Under the pieces are notes generated by a model that saw only the letters and a program-made list of their open reading frames with translations, ran no database searches and was not told where the DNA came from. From a candidate division WOR-3 bacterium (GTDB lineage: Bacteria > Hydrothermota > Tepidihabitantia > B3-TA06), in assembly GCA_965649265.1 (NCBI GenBank), contig CBFGKC010000003.1:117641-181640 (forward strand): a stretch of DNA of 64,000 bases, given 5' to 3'. Positions 20,315-30,357 of the stretch are shown here, piece by piece. Within the stretch, counting starts at the first letter, position 1; every line of letters begins with the position of its first letter. A program made the translations under genes and the position numbers.

Positions 20315-20935
20315 TTACTGATCGGATATCCCCTTGGGATAAAAGGCTACCAGTTCCTCTGTCCAGTTGATGCCGGCGTCGCTGTGACCGAGTTTCACGA
20401 GTCCTACATCCGGGGCATACCAGTAGCTCGTGATGGTGCCCGATTGATTTGGAGATTGAACCCTGAACGTCCGGTACAACCCCTGAGCTAGCTCAATGGT
20501 GTCGTAACTCACGCATTCCCACTCCGCGCTCAAGGTATCCTCCAGATCGCCGTGCCAGGTTTTGCCTTCACTTAAGGGAAAATCGATATAAGGGACCGGG
20601 TCGGCAAGATAACCGGTCGCGTTCGTGCCGTAGTAGAAGTAGTAGTCATTGTACAATGCAAAATACTCCTCCCAGTGCAGGCTGAGTGTATCATTCATGA
20701 AATACGCCAGGCTATCGACGTAAATAGTGTGGTCATTGTAGCGCTTCGTCCTCACGGTTGTTGTAACAAGGGAATCGACTCCCTGGGGGTGTCCTTCAAG
20801 TTTGTAGACGTGGACTGCTCCTACCGCAAGAGGGAAATCCTCCTTGTTCAACTGAGGATGTTCCCAAGGATAACATCCAACTAATATTACTGCAACCGAT
20901 AAAGCCAAGAATTTACATTTCATTTCAAACCTCAA
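20315..20935 (-). CDS. Hypothetical lipoprotein
   Basis: LVGC lipobox; YWYAPDVGLVK C-terminal motif. Confidence 0.7.
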   Translation of the reverse strand: MRFEMKCKFLALSVAVILVGCYPWEHPQLNKEDFPLAVGAVHVYKLEGHPQGVDSLVTTTVRTKRYNDHTIYVDSLAYFMNDTLSLHWEEYFALYNDYYFYYGTNATGYLADPVPYIDFPLSEGKTWHGDLEDTLSAEWECVSYDTIELAQGLYRTFRVQSPNQSGTITSYWYAPDVGLVKLGHSDAGINWTEELVAFYPKGISDQ

Positions 20936-21039
20936 TAATCCGATGATCTTGATTCTGCGCTTAACTTAAAAAGACGCAAGGCGTGTGGATTTGTTTCTTC
21001 CGCGAAGATTCGTTCAGAAATACCGACAGGGGAGGAGGG

Positions 21040-21903
21040 TTATTTTGTGGTCGATTGATGCCGCTCACCCCAGAGGTCGATCCTACCCATTTCAAGACAA
21101 GCTTTAAAGAGTACGGGGGTGAAATATTTGAGACCGGGGGGAGGGGTGCGGTCAATTATGCTGAAAGGGTCAAGGGTCTTTGCCGCCCAAGTAAGCGACC
21201 AGAGTCCGGCGTACGATGGAACCATTATAGCATAGGTCGCGACGTGCGGGTAGCGTTCTTTCAGACGTCTCGTGTAGTTCTTGAGGTAGGCGATGGAATA
21301 AACCGGTGTTTCAGACTGTGCGACCATTATTCCGCCGTCGGTGAGTATGTTGGAGAGATTGTCGAGGAACTCGTCCGTTATCAAGGTTCCGGCGATCTCG
21401 GTGGGTCCGGGACCTGCAACATCTGTACAATCTATGAAGCAGATGTCGAAACGATCCTTCGTCGTCCTGACGTACTCGGCGGCGTCACCTATTTTCAACT
21501 CTACTCTGGGATCGGTTAGCCCTGAAGTAAGGACCGGAAAGTATTTCTTAGATGCCTTGATGACTTCATCATCTATTTCAGCCAACACCGCTTTCTCGAT
21601 AACGGGATGTTTTACAATCTCGCGTATCGTACCTCCGTCACCACCACCGACAACGAGCACTCGTCTCGGTTCAGGGTGCAACAGCATAGCCGGATGCACG
21701 AGCATCTCGTGATAGATGTGTTCATCTCGCTCAGTGACCATCACCTTTCCGTCCAATAACATGAGACGCCCGAACTCGGGCGTCTCGAGGATTTCAAGGA
21801 GTTGGTACTTTGTCTGTTTCCTCAGGAGCAAATCGGTAACCCGATAGCTGAAGCGTATGTGCTCGGTGTACTCCTCGGTATACCATAACTCACTTTCAGT
21901 CAA
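21040..21903 (-). CDS. speE: Polyamine aminopropyltransferase (spermidine synthase)
   Basis: LDGKVMVTERDEHIYHEM, VLVVGGGDGG, AEID, IDCTD. Confidence 0.95.
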   Translation of the reverse strand: MTESELWYTEEYTEHIRFSYRVTDLLLRKQTKYQLLEILETPEFGRLMLLDGKVMVTERDEHIYHEMLVHPAMLLHPEPRRVLVVGGGDGGTIREIVKHPVIEKAVLAEIDDEVIKASKKYFPVLTSGLTDPRVELKIGDAAEYVRTTKDRFDICFIDCTDVAGPGPTEIAGTLITDEFLDNLSNILTDGGIMVAQSETPVYSIAYLKNYTRRLKERYPHVATYAIMVPSYAGLWSLTWAAKTLDPFSIIDRTPPPGLKYFTPVLFKACLEMGRIDLWGERHQSTTK

Positions 21904-22274
21904 TCAAAAACTCCACGCTCAAACGTCTTGCGGCTGATCCTTTCGGGCTTTAAGCATCTGCGTAGATGCTCAACCGCTATATCAATGTCCACGTCATCCG
22001 AACAGGTAAAGAAATCAATAGCTGCATAACCATGCTCGGGCCAAGTGTGAACGGTAAAATGCGACTCCGCTATCACCACCACTCCTGAAACACCGTGTGG
22101 GTTAAAGTAGTGGAAGAGCGAGTTTACAATTGTGGCGTTTGAACGCCGTGCAGCCTCGCGAAAGGCCATCTCCACTTCTCCTGAATCCGTAAGCCGCTCC
22201 GCAGGGCAACCGGTGAATTCGAGGATGGTGTGGGTCCCCAGTGCTTTCTTTACTATTGTCTGCATCTTTCGCAT
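21900..22274 (-). CDS. speD: S-adenosylmethionine decarboxylase proenzyme
   Basis: PHGVSGVVVIAESHFTVHTWPE (ESH autocleavage site), DFFTC. Confidence 0.95.
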   Translation of the reverse strand: MRKMQTIVKKALGTHTILEFTGCPAERLTDSGEVEMAFREAARRSNATIVNSLFHYFNPHGVSGVVVIAESHFTVHTWPEHGYAAIDFFTCSDDVDIDIAVEHLRRCLKPERISRKTFERGVFD

Positions 22275-22387
22275 CCATTATAGCACCCCAGTGCTGTTTG
22301 AAGGGTTTACCATAACAGACACGGCGACCATCCATGGTTAGGCGGGCCGCCGCCCAGAGACCACCGATTTAACGGCGCAAGATTGGT

Positions 22388-22415
22388 ATTATAGGTAAAT
22401 TAGAATGAATGTCAA
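22388..22415 (-). promoter_or_regulatory. Consensus sigma70-like promoter of speDE
   Basis: TTGACA-N16-TATAAT on the minus strand. Confidence 0.7.
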
Positions 22416-22484
22416 TATTAGCTTCGAGTCTGTTTGGAGGATGCCGGTGGTCTTTTTAACGCTAAGCTGGTCGATTCTTTCTGT

Positions 22485-23585
22485 TCAATGATTCTTCTCT
22501 TCCAGGGAATCTGCGGCCCATCCGAGGTAGTTCGCAAGTTCCTTCAGATTGCACTCGGCATAGCTCACGTGCCACTCTTTTTTTCTGTTAGAGGCACTGT
22601 ACCATATGCGAATTCGAGCATCGAGTGAATCATAAAGAAAAGTACTGCGGTAGATGCGTTCCGAATCCCAACCGTCCCTTGGAGGGGTAAGGATAGGTTT
22701 GGCAAAGAACTGCCAGTCCTTGCCGTTTTTTGAGCGCGCGAAGTAAAGTTCGGTTGGAATGTTTTTTTCCGACTTCACCGAGTCGGATTCAATCCAAACA
22801 GGAGGTGGGAAATCGTAAATGCTCATAGAGTCGTAACAGCAAAGTAGTGCCCAGAACTCCTGGAAGTCGTGAATATACTCTACATCCATATGCCATAAAA
22901 CTCGTTCGGGCATACTTATGGTAAGGGTCTCCGGCTCGCTCCAAATAAAGCCGTCCCCCGATTCCCGGAATTCAACTGACGAAGATACGGCAGCCCATCC
23001 ATTTGTGCGTACCGACCACATGAGGAAATTTTCTTTACCACCTTTATCCTTAACCAGAACAACTGCAGGTGATGCGAAAAAATTCGAAGTGGTAAGAATT
23101 TCCTTTGGAATTGACCAGTCTTTTCCGTTTTTCGAAGTAGATAATTTCAAGAAGCTTTCTTTTGACCCTCTGTCGACATAATACAGCAGCAGTTCTTTAG
23201 TCAAGGAATTGTAGCTCAAATCGGGATCGCAGTTGACGTAATGGGTCGTCGAATCTATGGGATTTGTAAGCCCGTTCGGGACCTGCCACAAAATCCCGTC
23301 GTGGCTTGTCACTATGCTTGGATTTTCGTATTGCCCCTTTTCGAATGGGTAGGGGGTGAAGGCCATCCAATATTCCCATTCGTTCCAACCTTCCGGGAAG
23401 AAGAGGATATCGGGGTGAACTACCTGTCCCGATCCTTCGTAGGTAGGTATACTCAAAGGTTCTTGTGCATTTCTTAGGGGGCCTGCTGCGCTCACAATCA
23501 TGGGGCAGACTAACACGAGGATCGCCAAGCTTTGAATCGTCCGTTTTTCGATTCTGTTCAGAAGATATTTCTTAGAAATCCGCAT
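22485..23585 (-). CDS. Secreted beta-propeller, glycoside hydrolase-like protein
   Basis: Signal-like N-terminus; HPD, ENPSI..SHDG..W, DPDL and repeated SxNGxDW blades. Confidence 0.6.
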   Translation of the reverse strand: MRISKKYLLNRIEKRTIQSLAILVLVCPMIVSAAGPLRNAQEPLSIPTYEGSGQVVHPDILFFPEGWNEWEYWMAFTPYPFEKGQYENPSIVTSHDGILWQVPNGLTNPIDSTTHYVNCDPDLSYNSLTKELLLYYVDRGSKESFLKLSTSKNGKDWSIPKEILTTSNFFASPAVVLVKDKGGKENFLMWSVRTNGWAAVSSSVEFRESGDGFIWSEPETLTISMPERVLWHMDVEYIHDFQEFWALLCCYDSMSIYDFPPPVWIESDSVKSEKNIPTELYFARSKNGKDWQFFAKPILTPPRDGWDSERIYRSTFLYDSLDARIRIWYSASNRKKEWHVSYAECNLKELANYLGWAADSLEEKNH

Positions 23586-23668
23586 GAAAAAACAAGCTAA
23601 TCAATCCATCCGTCAATCTCATCCAAGTGATTCGATCCCTCCCTATAACCTTGATTGAGCGGTATAGG

Positions 23669-24577
23669 CTAATTTACGATTACGGGTATACCCCAGAGTA
23701 CGCTTGACCAATCGTCTGAGGCATAAATGAGACCGGTCAGGCTTACCCCGATTACGTACAAGCGCGTTTTACCCTTTTTAGAGAATGTTATGTTCATATC
23801 CTGTTCGTACGGGAGCCATTCTCCTTCACCTTTGACGTAAAGAATCAAGGTATCATTCGTTGCGGGATATATCCCCTTTAAGGAGATGTTTCCACCGGCA
23901 GCTATATTTACAAACTTTGAGGTGTCAAAAAGACCTCTTATTCCGTATATGCTGGTGTCGGCAGGGAAGATAACCTTTAAATCGTTTGAGGCGTATTCAA
24001 GCATTACGCTATCAAGAACAGGGGAGGAAGCGACATCGGGGGTTTGTCCGTCCGAACCACCCGAATACTTGGCAATTCGCCAAGCAGCTGTTCCGCCGAG
24101 CGAATCGAAGAATATAGCGCCGCGTGACGAATAGCGAAACGGCTTGGAAAGCGTGGTGTCAAGAGCGGTAAGGCTGTCCGATCCATGTGGAAAGAACGAA
24201 TCCGCATTAAGCGTAACAAGTCCTTTCAATGTGTCGAATACGTAACCGGTAACGGTTGTGTCGACTGCAGATTCGAACTTATAAGCATAGACAGAATCCG
24301 TAACCGAAAAAGAGAAAGCCTTGATCAGATAGCGTGTTGAGGTTGTATCCAGTTTTATGTTTTCGAGAAGGTCCAGGGGTATATTCACCGCCACTTGAGT
24401 ACCGGGAAGATGATCGCGCGTCGATAAAAAAGCCTCCTGGGGTTCAAGAAGCGCCATTATTGCGATGCTGTCGTCAACCTCCCAGGTCCATACCTCGGGA
24501 GTTGTGTTGTCGTTACAGCCTGTAAATGTCCCCAGAATCGGGATCACAAAGATGATTGAGTAAATCAACCTTTTCAT
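23669..24577 (-). CDS. Hypothetical lipoprotein
   Basis: FTGC lipobox; beta-rich. Confidence 0.7.
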   Translation of the reverse strand: MKRLIYSIIFVIPILGTFTGCNDNTTPEVWTWEVDDSIAIMALLEPQEAFLSTRDHLPGTQVAVNIPLDLLENIKLDTTSTRYLIKAFSFSVTDSVYAYKFESAVDTTVTGYVFDTLKGLVTLNADSFFPHGSDSLTALDTTLSKPFRYSSRGAIFFDSLGGTAAWRIAKYSGGSDGQTPDVASSPVLDSVMLEYASNDLKVIFPADTSIYGIRGLFDTSKFVNIAAGGNISLKGIYPATNDTLILYVKGEGEWLPYEQDMNITFSKKGKTRLYVIGVSLTGLIYASDDWSSVLWGIPVIVN

Positions 24578-24592
24578 GGTTTCATTATATGC

Positions 24593-24623
24593 AAAAAGGG
24601 GAGAGCATGCAAGCTCTCCCCTT
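24593..24623 (-). terminator. Rho-independent terminator
   Basis: AAGGGGAGAGC/GCTCTCCCCTT stem with U-tract on the minus strand. Confidence 0.75.
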
Positions 24624-24645
24624 CAGTTTTAAGGGATCGATGTCG

Positions 24646-26475
24646 TTAATGAACTACCACGAAGCGGCCGTTGGAAGTCTTGGTCGGGGTGGAGAATGAG
24701 TAGAAGTAAACTCCTGCAGGGACGTTGCTTGCGTTCCAGGAGATGGTTCCTGAATTAACGCTGCCGGATACAAGAGTCTTGACAAGCGCGCCCGATGTGT
24801 TGTATATCTTGAGGCTCGCATTAGAGGTCGGAGCGCTTATCCTGAAGCTGACCTGATCGTTAAAAGGTCCGGAACCAACCAGTGCGGCATCTTGTGTTTG
24901 AGGTATAGGGGATTCTTCAACGCCAGGGCCTCCAACTTTTACAGGATAATATCTAAGGTACATGACCGGGTTCTCGGTGAATAAGTTTTCTGTGGGTGGC
25001 CACAGAGAAGGGCCCGAGAACTTATCAAGAATGTAGGTTATGTGAAGAATACTGTCGGTATCGACTTTCCTAACCACTGAGAACCAATCCTCGCCGTCGC
25101 AGGCCCCGGGATCTGCACCAGGTGTGTGTGTGTTGGTGATGTTGGTCCAGTACATCTTTGTAGAGTCAGCATGAGTAAGGATGCTTTCTGGACTCCAATC
25201 AACAACGGGGCGCCATGTTTTTCCATTATCGGAAGTCATTGAAACGTAGAGGTCACCATTTAGCCTTCCTGCGGCATTCATGTCGAGAGAATCCCATTGA
25301 CCGCACCAGGTGATAACGAGGGCATTCTGATTCGACGCACACACAGCTCCTTGAGGTTTCCAGGCGCCCATGTTGACGGCCTGGACCTGGTTATCGGCAT
25401 CCATCATGCTGAAGCCCGAGCCCCACATGTGAAGCGAATCAAGGGTGGTCACCACGGTGTCCGCGTTCATAGGCGTGTAAGTGGTTACAGGTCCCGAGAC
25501 CAGGTGAAAACCGCTTGCCTTGTTCCAGTGAATGATGCGCTTGAAGCAGATGTTGTAAAAGCTCCAGGTGTCATCGGGGTTCAGTTTTCCTGCAAACTCA
25601 CCGAACGTTATATTAAGATTGCCGTTATTGTCGTAGAAGGCATCGTAGTCTCCGCCGAATGCAAACGGAATAAAGCCGTCAGTCTCTGAGGGGAGGGGGG
25701 TGGGGTATCTATCTTCGGTGAGTGTGACGGGTGAACTCCATGTAACACCGCCATTGGTTGATTCTACATACTTGATGTGCTGGAACCAGAGATTGCGAGC
25801 CCCGATGCCGCAGGACCACACGACGGCTACTTTTTTGCCGTCAGGCGATACGGCTATTGCCGGGTTATGCTCCGCGTCTGTTGCAATGCTTTTCCATGTG
25901 GAAAAAGTCTGCCCTTTATCCGTTGAGCGCGAGTAGTAGACTACATCGCCTGCAACGGTAGTATCGTTGATCTGAGCAACGACATGAATGATATCATCGG
26001 ATCCCACAACCATGTGCGGCCATATTGCCTCCTTTGATTGGTCAATACGGACGGGTGTGCTGAATGAGCCGAAACCTTGAGTGGCATCAACAGCCACTGC
26101 GGAAAAGTTCTGAGCTCCGGAAACTTCGTGGAAGGCAACAATTGCACGTCCGTCGGAAAGAACACCGCCGGTGCAGTAGCCGGCTCTTGCAACGCCGGAT
26201 GCCTTGGTGCCGCCGGTAAAATCGAAAACGGATGTCCCGGCGTTCCAGAAGTTATAGTAGATGTCGCGATTTGGGTAGTTAGGGTCCTGGTCGACGGAAT
26301 GCATCCAGAAAATGTGGGCATTTCCGTCCTTATCTATGGCTATTCTGTCACCCACGTTCTCATTTTGCTGGAAATCGTATGTGGTTATCCCTGCTTGTTC
26401 CGGCGAGGCAAGGAAAGGATTTGCGAAACCTACTGCGACCAGCAAGAACGCTGCCATTAAGAGTCTTTTAAGCAT
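24646..26475 (-). CDS. Secreted BNR/Asp-box protein with T9SS (Por) C-terminal sorting domain, paralogue 1
   Basis: Signal peptide; SRSTDKGQTF, STNGGVTW, SDNGKTW Asp-boxes; LKIYNTSGALV..GVYFY tail. Confidence 0.8.
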   Translation of the reverse strand: MLKRLLMAAFLLVAVGFANPFLASPEQAGITTYDFQQNENVGDRIAIDKDGNAHIFWMHSVDQDPNYPNRDIYYNFWNAGTSVFDFTGGTKASGVARAGYCTGGVLSDGRAIVAFHEVSGAQNFSAVAVDATQGFGSFSTPVRIDQSKEAIWPHMVVGSDDIIHVVAQINDTTVAGDVVYYSRSTDKGQTFSTWKSIATDAEHNPAIAVSPDGKKVAVVWSCGIGARNLWFQHIKYVESTNGGVTWSSPVTLTEDRYPTPLPSETDGFIPFAFGGDYDAFYDNNGNLNITFGEFAGKLNPDDTWSFYNICFKRIIHWNKASGFHLVSGPVTTYTPMNADTVVTTLDSLHMWGSGFSMMDADNQVQAVNMGAWKPQGAVCASNQNALVITWCGQWDSLDMNAAGRLNGDLYVSMTSDNGKTWRPVVDWSPESILTHADSTKMYWTNITNTHTPGADPGACDGEDWFSVVRKVDTDSILHITYILDKFSGPSLWPPTENLFTENPVMYLRYYPVKVGGPGVEESPIPQTQDAALVGSGPFNDQVSFRISAPTSNASLKIYNTSGALVKTLVSGSVNSGTISWNASNVPAGVYFYSFSTPTKTSNGRFVVVH

Positions 26476-26681
26476 TGCTCTACTCCTTAGCTTTAGCTCT
26501 TCATAGTTTGGGGGCTGTATCTTTGACTTGCCAAGGTTGCAGCCGCCCTATTTTTTAGACCACATAGATTGGTTTTCTGAGATCATCTCCTCCCCGCAAC
26601 ACAGTACACTCAGTTCATCCTCATTGAAAATAAAACCAATCTATTCTTAAAGATGATCCCTTTTCATAATTAATTATAAAC

Positions 26682-26711
26682 AAAAAGGGGAGAGCTGCAA
26701 GCTCTCCCCTT
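26682..26711 (-). terminator. Rho-independent terminator
   Basis: AAGGGGAGAGCT/AGCTCTCCCCTT stem plus U-tract; nearly identical to the terminator at 24593. Confidence 0.75.
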
Positions 26712-26734
26712 AAGTTTCGAGGGTCTGGGATTAG

Positions 26735-28561
26735 TTAGTGAACTACGACGAAGCGACCGTTGGAAGTTTTGGTCGGGGTGGAGAATGAGTAGAAGTAAAC
26801 ACCGGCAGGCACGGTGCTTGCGTTCCAGGAAATGGTTCCCGAATTCACGTTGCCCGAGACGATAGTCTCAACAAGCGCGCCTGAGGTATTATATATCTTG
26901 AGGGTGGTGTTCGTTGCCGGGGCACTAACCTTGAATGACACCGTACTTGAATAAGGTCCGCTGCCCAGGAGTTCTATGGAAGAAGCCTGAGGCAGAGGTG
27001 ATTCTACGACGGCAGTAAGGGGTTTTCCGACTTTCATGCTCTGGTAGCGGAGGTACATGACCGGGTTCTCGGTGATAATATTAGTGGTGGGGTCGTGCAA
27101 ACAGCTGCCTGAGAACTTGTCGAGAATGTAGGTTATGTGCAGGGTATTGTCTGAGCCCACGTTCCTTACTATTGAGAACCAATCTTCGCCATCACAGGCT
27201 CCAGGATCTGCGGCAGGCGTGTGTGTGTTTGTGATGTTAGTCCAATACATTTTTGTAGAATCGGCATGTGAGCAGGTGGCTGTATCCCAGTCCGCCAAGG
27301 GACGCCATGTTTTTCCGTAGTCGGGAGATACCGCAACGTAAAGATCGCCGTTAAGTCTTCCGGCGGCGTTCATATCGAGAGAGTCCCATTGACCGCACCA
27401 GACGACGACGATAGTATCGTTACCCCATGCTGCGGACTGAGGACGCCATGCGCCCATGTAGGGGGCTTGTCCAGGATAATCTGCAACCATATTGAAGCCT
27501 GAACCCCACATGTGAAGGGTATCGAGACTGGTTACAACGGTGTCCGCGGCCATCGGGGTATATGTGGTTACCGGTCCTGAAACCAGATGAAAACCGTTGG
27601 CCTTATTCCAGTGGATGGGGCGTTTGAAATTTATGTTGTAGTAGTTGAAGGTTTCGTCAGAGTTGAATTTGCCGGCAAACTCGCAGAAGGTTATATTAAG
27701 ATTTCCCTTGTGATCATACGAGCAATCGTAATCACCGTACCAACCGTACTTAATGAAACCTGGAGTTTCTGAAGGCGTCGGATCGAGATATCGTCCATCG
27801 GTAGGCGTTTGAATTGCTGCCCAAGTTACGCCGCCATTGGTAGATTCAACGTACCTCATGTGCGTCATAATGTAGTTGGGGCCGCCAATACCCGAGGACC
27901 ATGCGATTGCTACTTTCTTTCCATCATCTGATACGGCTATTGCAGGGTCATTTCCGGCATCGTCGGTTATGGCTTTCCACGAAGAAAAAGTTTGACCTTT
28001 ATCGGTTGAGCGGGAGTAATAGATAACGTTATCTGCTCCACCGGTCGTATCCTGTACGTGACCGACGACATGAATCACGTCATCAGATCCCACAACCATG
28101 TGCGGCCAGATTACTTGTTTCGATCCATCAATGACAACAGGAGTGCTGAAAGCGCCGAAGCCCTGAGTAGCGTCAACCGCCACTACGGCAAGAGTTTGGG
28201 CGCCAGAAACCTGGTGGAAAGCAACCACGGCGCGTCCATCAGAAAGAACACCGCCGGTGCAATATCCGGCTTTTGGTCCGCCAGAAGCCTTTGTACCACC
28301 AGTAAAATCGAACGAGGAAGAGCCAGCATTCCAGAAATTATAATAAATGTCGCGATTGGGGAAGGTGGCGTCGGTTCCGGCGTCATGCATCCAGAAAATA
28401 TGGGCATTGCCGTCCTTGTCGAGAACTATTCTATTTCCTACGCATCCATTTTGCTGGTAGTCATAGGTAGTTATTCCTGCCTGTTCGGGCGTGGCAAGAA
28501 AAGGATTTGCAAAACCCATTACAGTCAGCAGGCATGTTAGCACTAAGAGTTTTTTAAGCAT
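26735..28561 (-). CDS. Secreted BNR/Asp-box protein with T9SS C-terminal domain, paralogue 2
   Basis: Co-linear and highly similar to 24646..26475, with an identical VPAGVYFYSFSTPTKTSNGRFVVVH end. Confidence 0.8.
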   Translation of the reverse strand: MLKKLLVLTCLLTVMGFANPFLATPEQAGITTYDYQQNGCVGNRIVLDKDGNAHIFWMHDAGTDATFPNRDIYYNFWNAGSSSFDFTGGTKASGGPKAGYCTGGVLSDGRAVVAFHQVSGAQTLAVVAVDATQGFGAFSTPVVIDGSKQVIWPHMVVGSDDVIHVVGHVQDTTGGADNVIYYSRSTDKGQTFSSWKAITDDAGNDPAIAVSDDGKKVAIAWSSGIGGPNYIMTHMRYVESTNGGVTWAAIQTPTDGRYLDPTPSETPGFIKYGWYGDYDCSYDHKGNLNITFCEFAGKFNSDETFNYYNINFKRPIHWNKANGFHLVSGPVTTYTPMAADTVVTSLDTLHMWGSGFNMVADYPGQAPYMGAWRPQSAAWGNDTIVVVWCGQWDSLDMNAAGRLNGDLYVAVSPDYGKTWRPLADWDTATCSHADSTKMYWTNITNTHTPAADPGACDGEDWFSIVRNVGSDNTLHITYILDKFSGSCLHDPTTNIITENPVMYLRYQSMKVGKPLTAVVESPLPQASSIELLGSGPYSSTVSFKVSAPATNTTLKIYNTSGALVETIVSGNVNSGTISWNASTVPAGVYFYSFSTPTKTSNGRFVVVH

Positions 28562-28844
28562 TGCTATCCTCCTTAGCTTAGCTCAGAGTTATTAGGTGGA
28601 TATTACGAAATCTTTGGTTTTTTACCAAAGTCTTCCACCTTCTTCAAGCTTTAGATTGGTCTTTTTGCTTCTACGAATCAACGCTTTGAAATCTGCGCGT
28701 TATTGTTAGAATTTCTTTTTTTGAATTGCACTTAATCCATCCGAGATAGACCTTGCGCGATTACGACCAATCTAGATTTTAATCAAGTTAGTACTTTCAC
28801 CTCCACCTTTAAAGACTCTTGTATAATAAATTCGTCCATATCAT

Positions 28845-29480
28845 CTATCCTTCTGTAAGACTGAAGTTGAAGGGGATACTCACAGGAACCTTTACCGGAA
28901 CGCCTCTTTGCTCACCAGGAGAGAACTTCCATTTGCGAGCCGCTTCGGACGCGGCGCGGTCCAGTTCGGGAAATCCCGAAGATTTCATAATCTTAACTTC
29001 TCCGACGGAACCGTCAGGGTAAACTATAGCCTCAATTATTACCTGTCCCTCCATACCGCTTTGTTTTGCGATCGGCGGGTAATCGGGCTTCGGGGAATAT
29101 TGAGGCGAAGGCTTCTTCTCTACTTTGTAATAGGGCACGATGGGAATATCGACCGCTTCTTCGGGTTTAGAGTAGATTTCTGCGAATTCAGTCTGTCCCA
29201 TGGTCGCGGCTTCAATTTCCTCTTCAGACGAAGCCGCCTCTGGGACAGCAGGTTTCACATCCGGGGGAGGGGCTACAAGATTCTCGACGTTTAGCTTGAT
29301 ATCCTCGGAAATAATCGCTTTTTCAACACCGCTTCTCTGGTAGGGTTTAATGTTAAAACGTTGAGGAATGAGAAGAAAAAGGATTATTGCCGCAAGCAGG
29401 GCACCTATGGTTCCCCAACGTATATTATAAGGATACGCTAGCTTGTAGTCAGCAGCTTTTGTTGCTGTTTTTGTGCTCAT
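28845..29480 (-). CDS. tonB: Energy transducer TonB
   Basis: N-terminal TM; PDYPPIAK..GMEGQV..SSG..LDRAA..WKFSPG. Confidence 0.9.
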   Translation of the reverse strand: MSTKTATKAADYKLAYPYNIRWGTIGALLAAIILFLLIPQRFNIKPYQRSGVEKAIISEDIKLNVENLVAPPPDVKPAVPEAASSEEEIEAATMGQTEFAEIYSKPEEAVDIPIVPYYKVEKKPSPQYSPKPDYPPIAKQSGMEGQVIIEAIVYPDGSVGEVKIMKSSGFPELDRAASEAARKWKFSPGEQRGVPVKVPVSIPFNFSLTEG

Positions 29481-29481
29481 A

Positions 29482-29904
29482 CTATCCTTCTTTCCAGTTG
29501 GTTGCGAAGGTCAGCTTTAAAGCCTGGACCTCCTTCATTTTTTCGATGAGATCACTTACCAGTGCGTAGCGAGCATCCTTATCTACACGTAAAAGCACGA
29601 CAAGATCGGGCTTCTCTTTGAGCCTGCGAGCGATTCGCGCGGCGAATTCATCGTTAGTCTTGACCAGATTGTCCTGAATACTTATGCGATTTCCTTTATC
29701 CACCCAAACGCTCAGGACATTACTGCGCAGCCTTATTCTCTGAGTCGCTTCCGCTCTCGGAACGTCAAGCCTCAAACCTTTCTCGCCGGTAACCGTCGTG
29801 GTGACCATGAAAAACAGCAAGAGAAGGAAGGCTATATCGGACATGGAGGCAGAAGGTATGGCGGCTTGTCCACGCGAACGTCTTACGAGCTTCTTTCCGC
29901 TCAC
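29482..29904 (-). CDS. exbD: Biopolymer transport protein ExbD
   Basis: SMSDIAFLLLLFFMV. Confidence 0.9.
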   Translation of the reverse strand: MSGKKLVRRSRGQAAIPSASMSDIAFLLLLFFMVTTTVTGEKGLRLDVPRAEATQRIRLRSNVLSVWVDKGNRISIQDNLVKTNDEFAARIARRLKEKPDLVVLLRVDKDARYALVSDLIEKMKEVQALKLTFATNWKEG

Positions 29905-30344
29905 TGGCCGCCTCCTTCTTCTTCGGACATAGGAACCAGGCTTATTCGGGTGGCTTTTGCCATCTTCACCTGGTCAAGAACGTCTATCATCACGCTGTAA
30001 GGGGCGAGTCTTGAAACCTTTAATGCGATGGAAACGGAATCCTTTGTTCGTTTCACTGCATCTTCAACTTTTGCCCGAATATCCATGGAATTGTCATACG
30101 ACTTGAGTGAGCCGTCCTGCTCCTCAATGAGGACCTTTCCTTCGGGTGAAACGTATATCTGCATGATGTTGCGGCCCGCAATCTTGACAGTTTCGCCCTT
30201 TTCGGGCAGGAGCATGGTCAGACCCTTTTCGCGGGCAAAAATAGCCGCAGTCATGAAAAAGATAATCAACAGAAAGGCGATATCCGACATCGAGGCTGAC
30301 GGAATCTCGGCGCTTGTTTTCTTCTTCTTTCTAAGAGAAATCAT
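29901..30344 (-). CDS. exbD: Biopolymer transport protein ExbD
   Basis: SMSDIAFLLIIFFM. Confidence 0.9.
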   Translation of the reverse strand: MISLRKKKKTSAEIPSASMSDIAFLLIIFFMTAAIFAREKGLTMLLPEKGETVKIAGRNIMQIYVSPEGKVLIEEQDGSLKSYDNSMDIRAKVEDAVKRTKDSVSIALKVSRLAPYSVMIDVLDQVKMAKATRISLVPMSEEEGGGQ

Positions 30345-30357
30345 TGCGGATTCCTTC

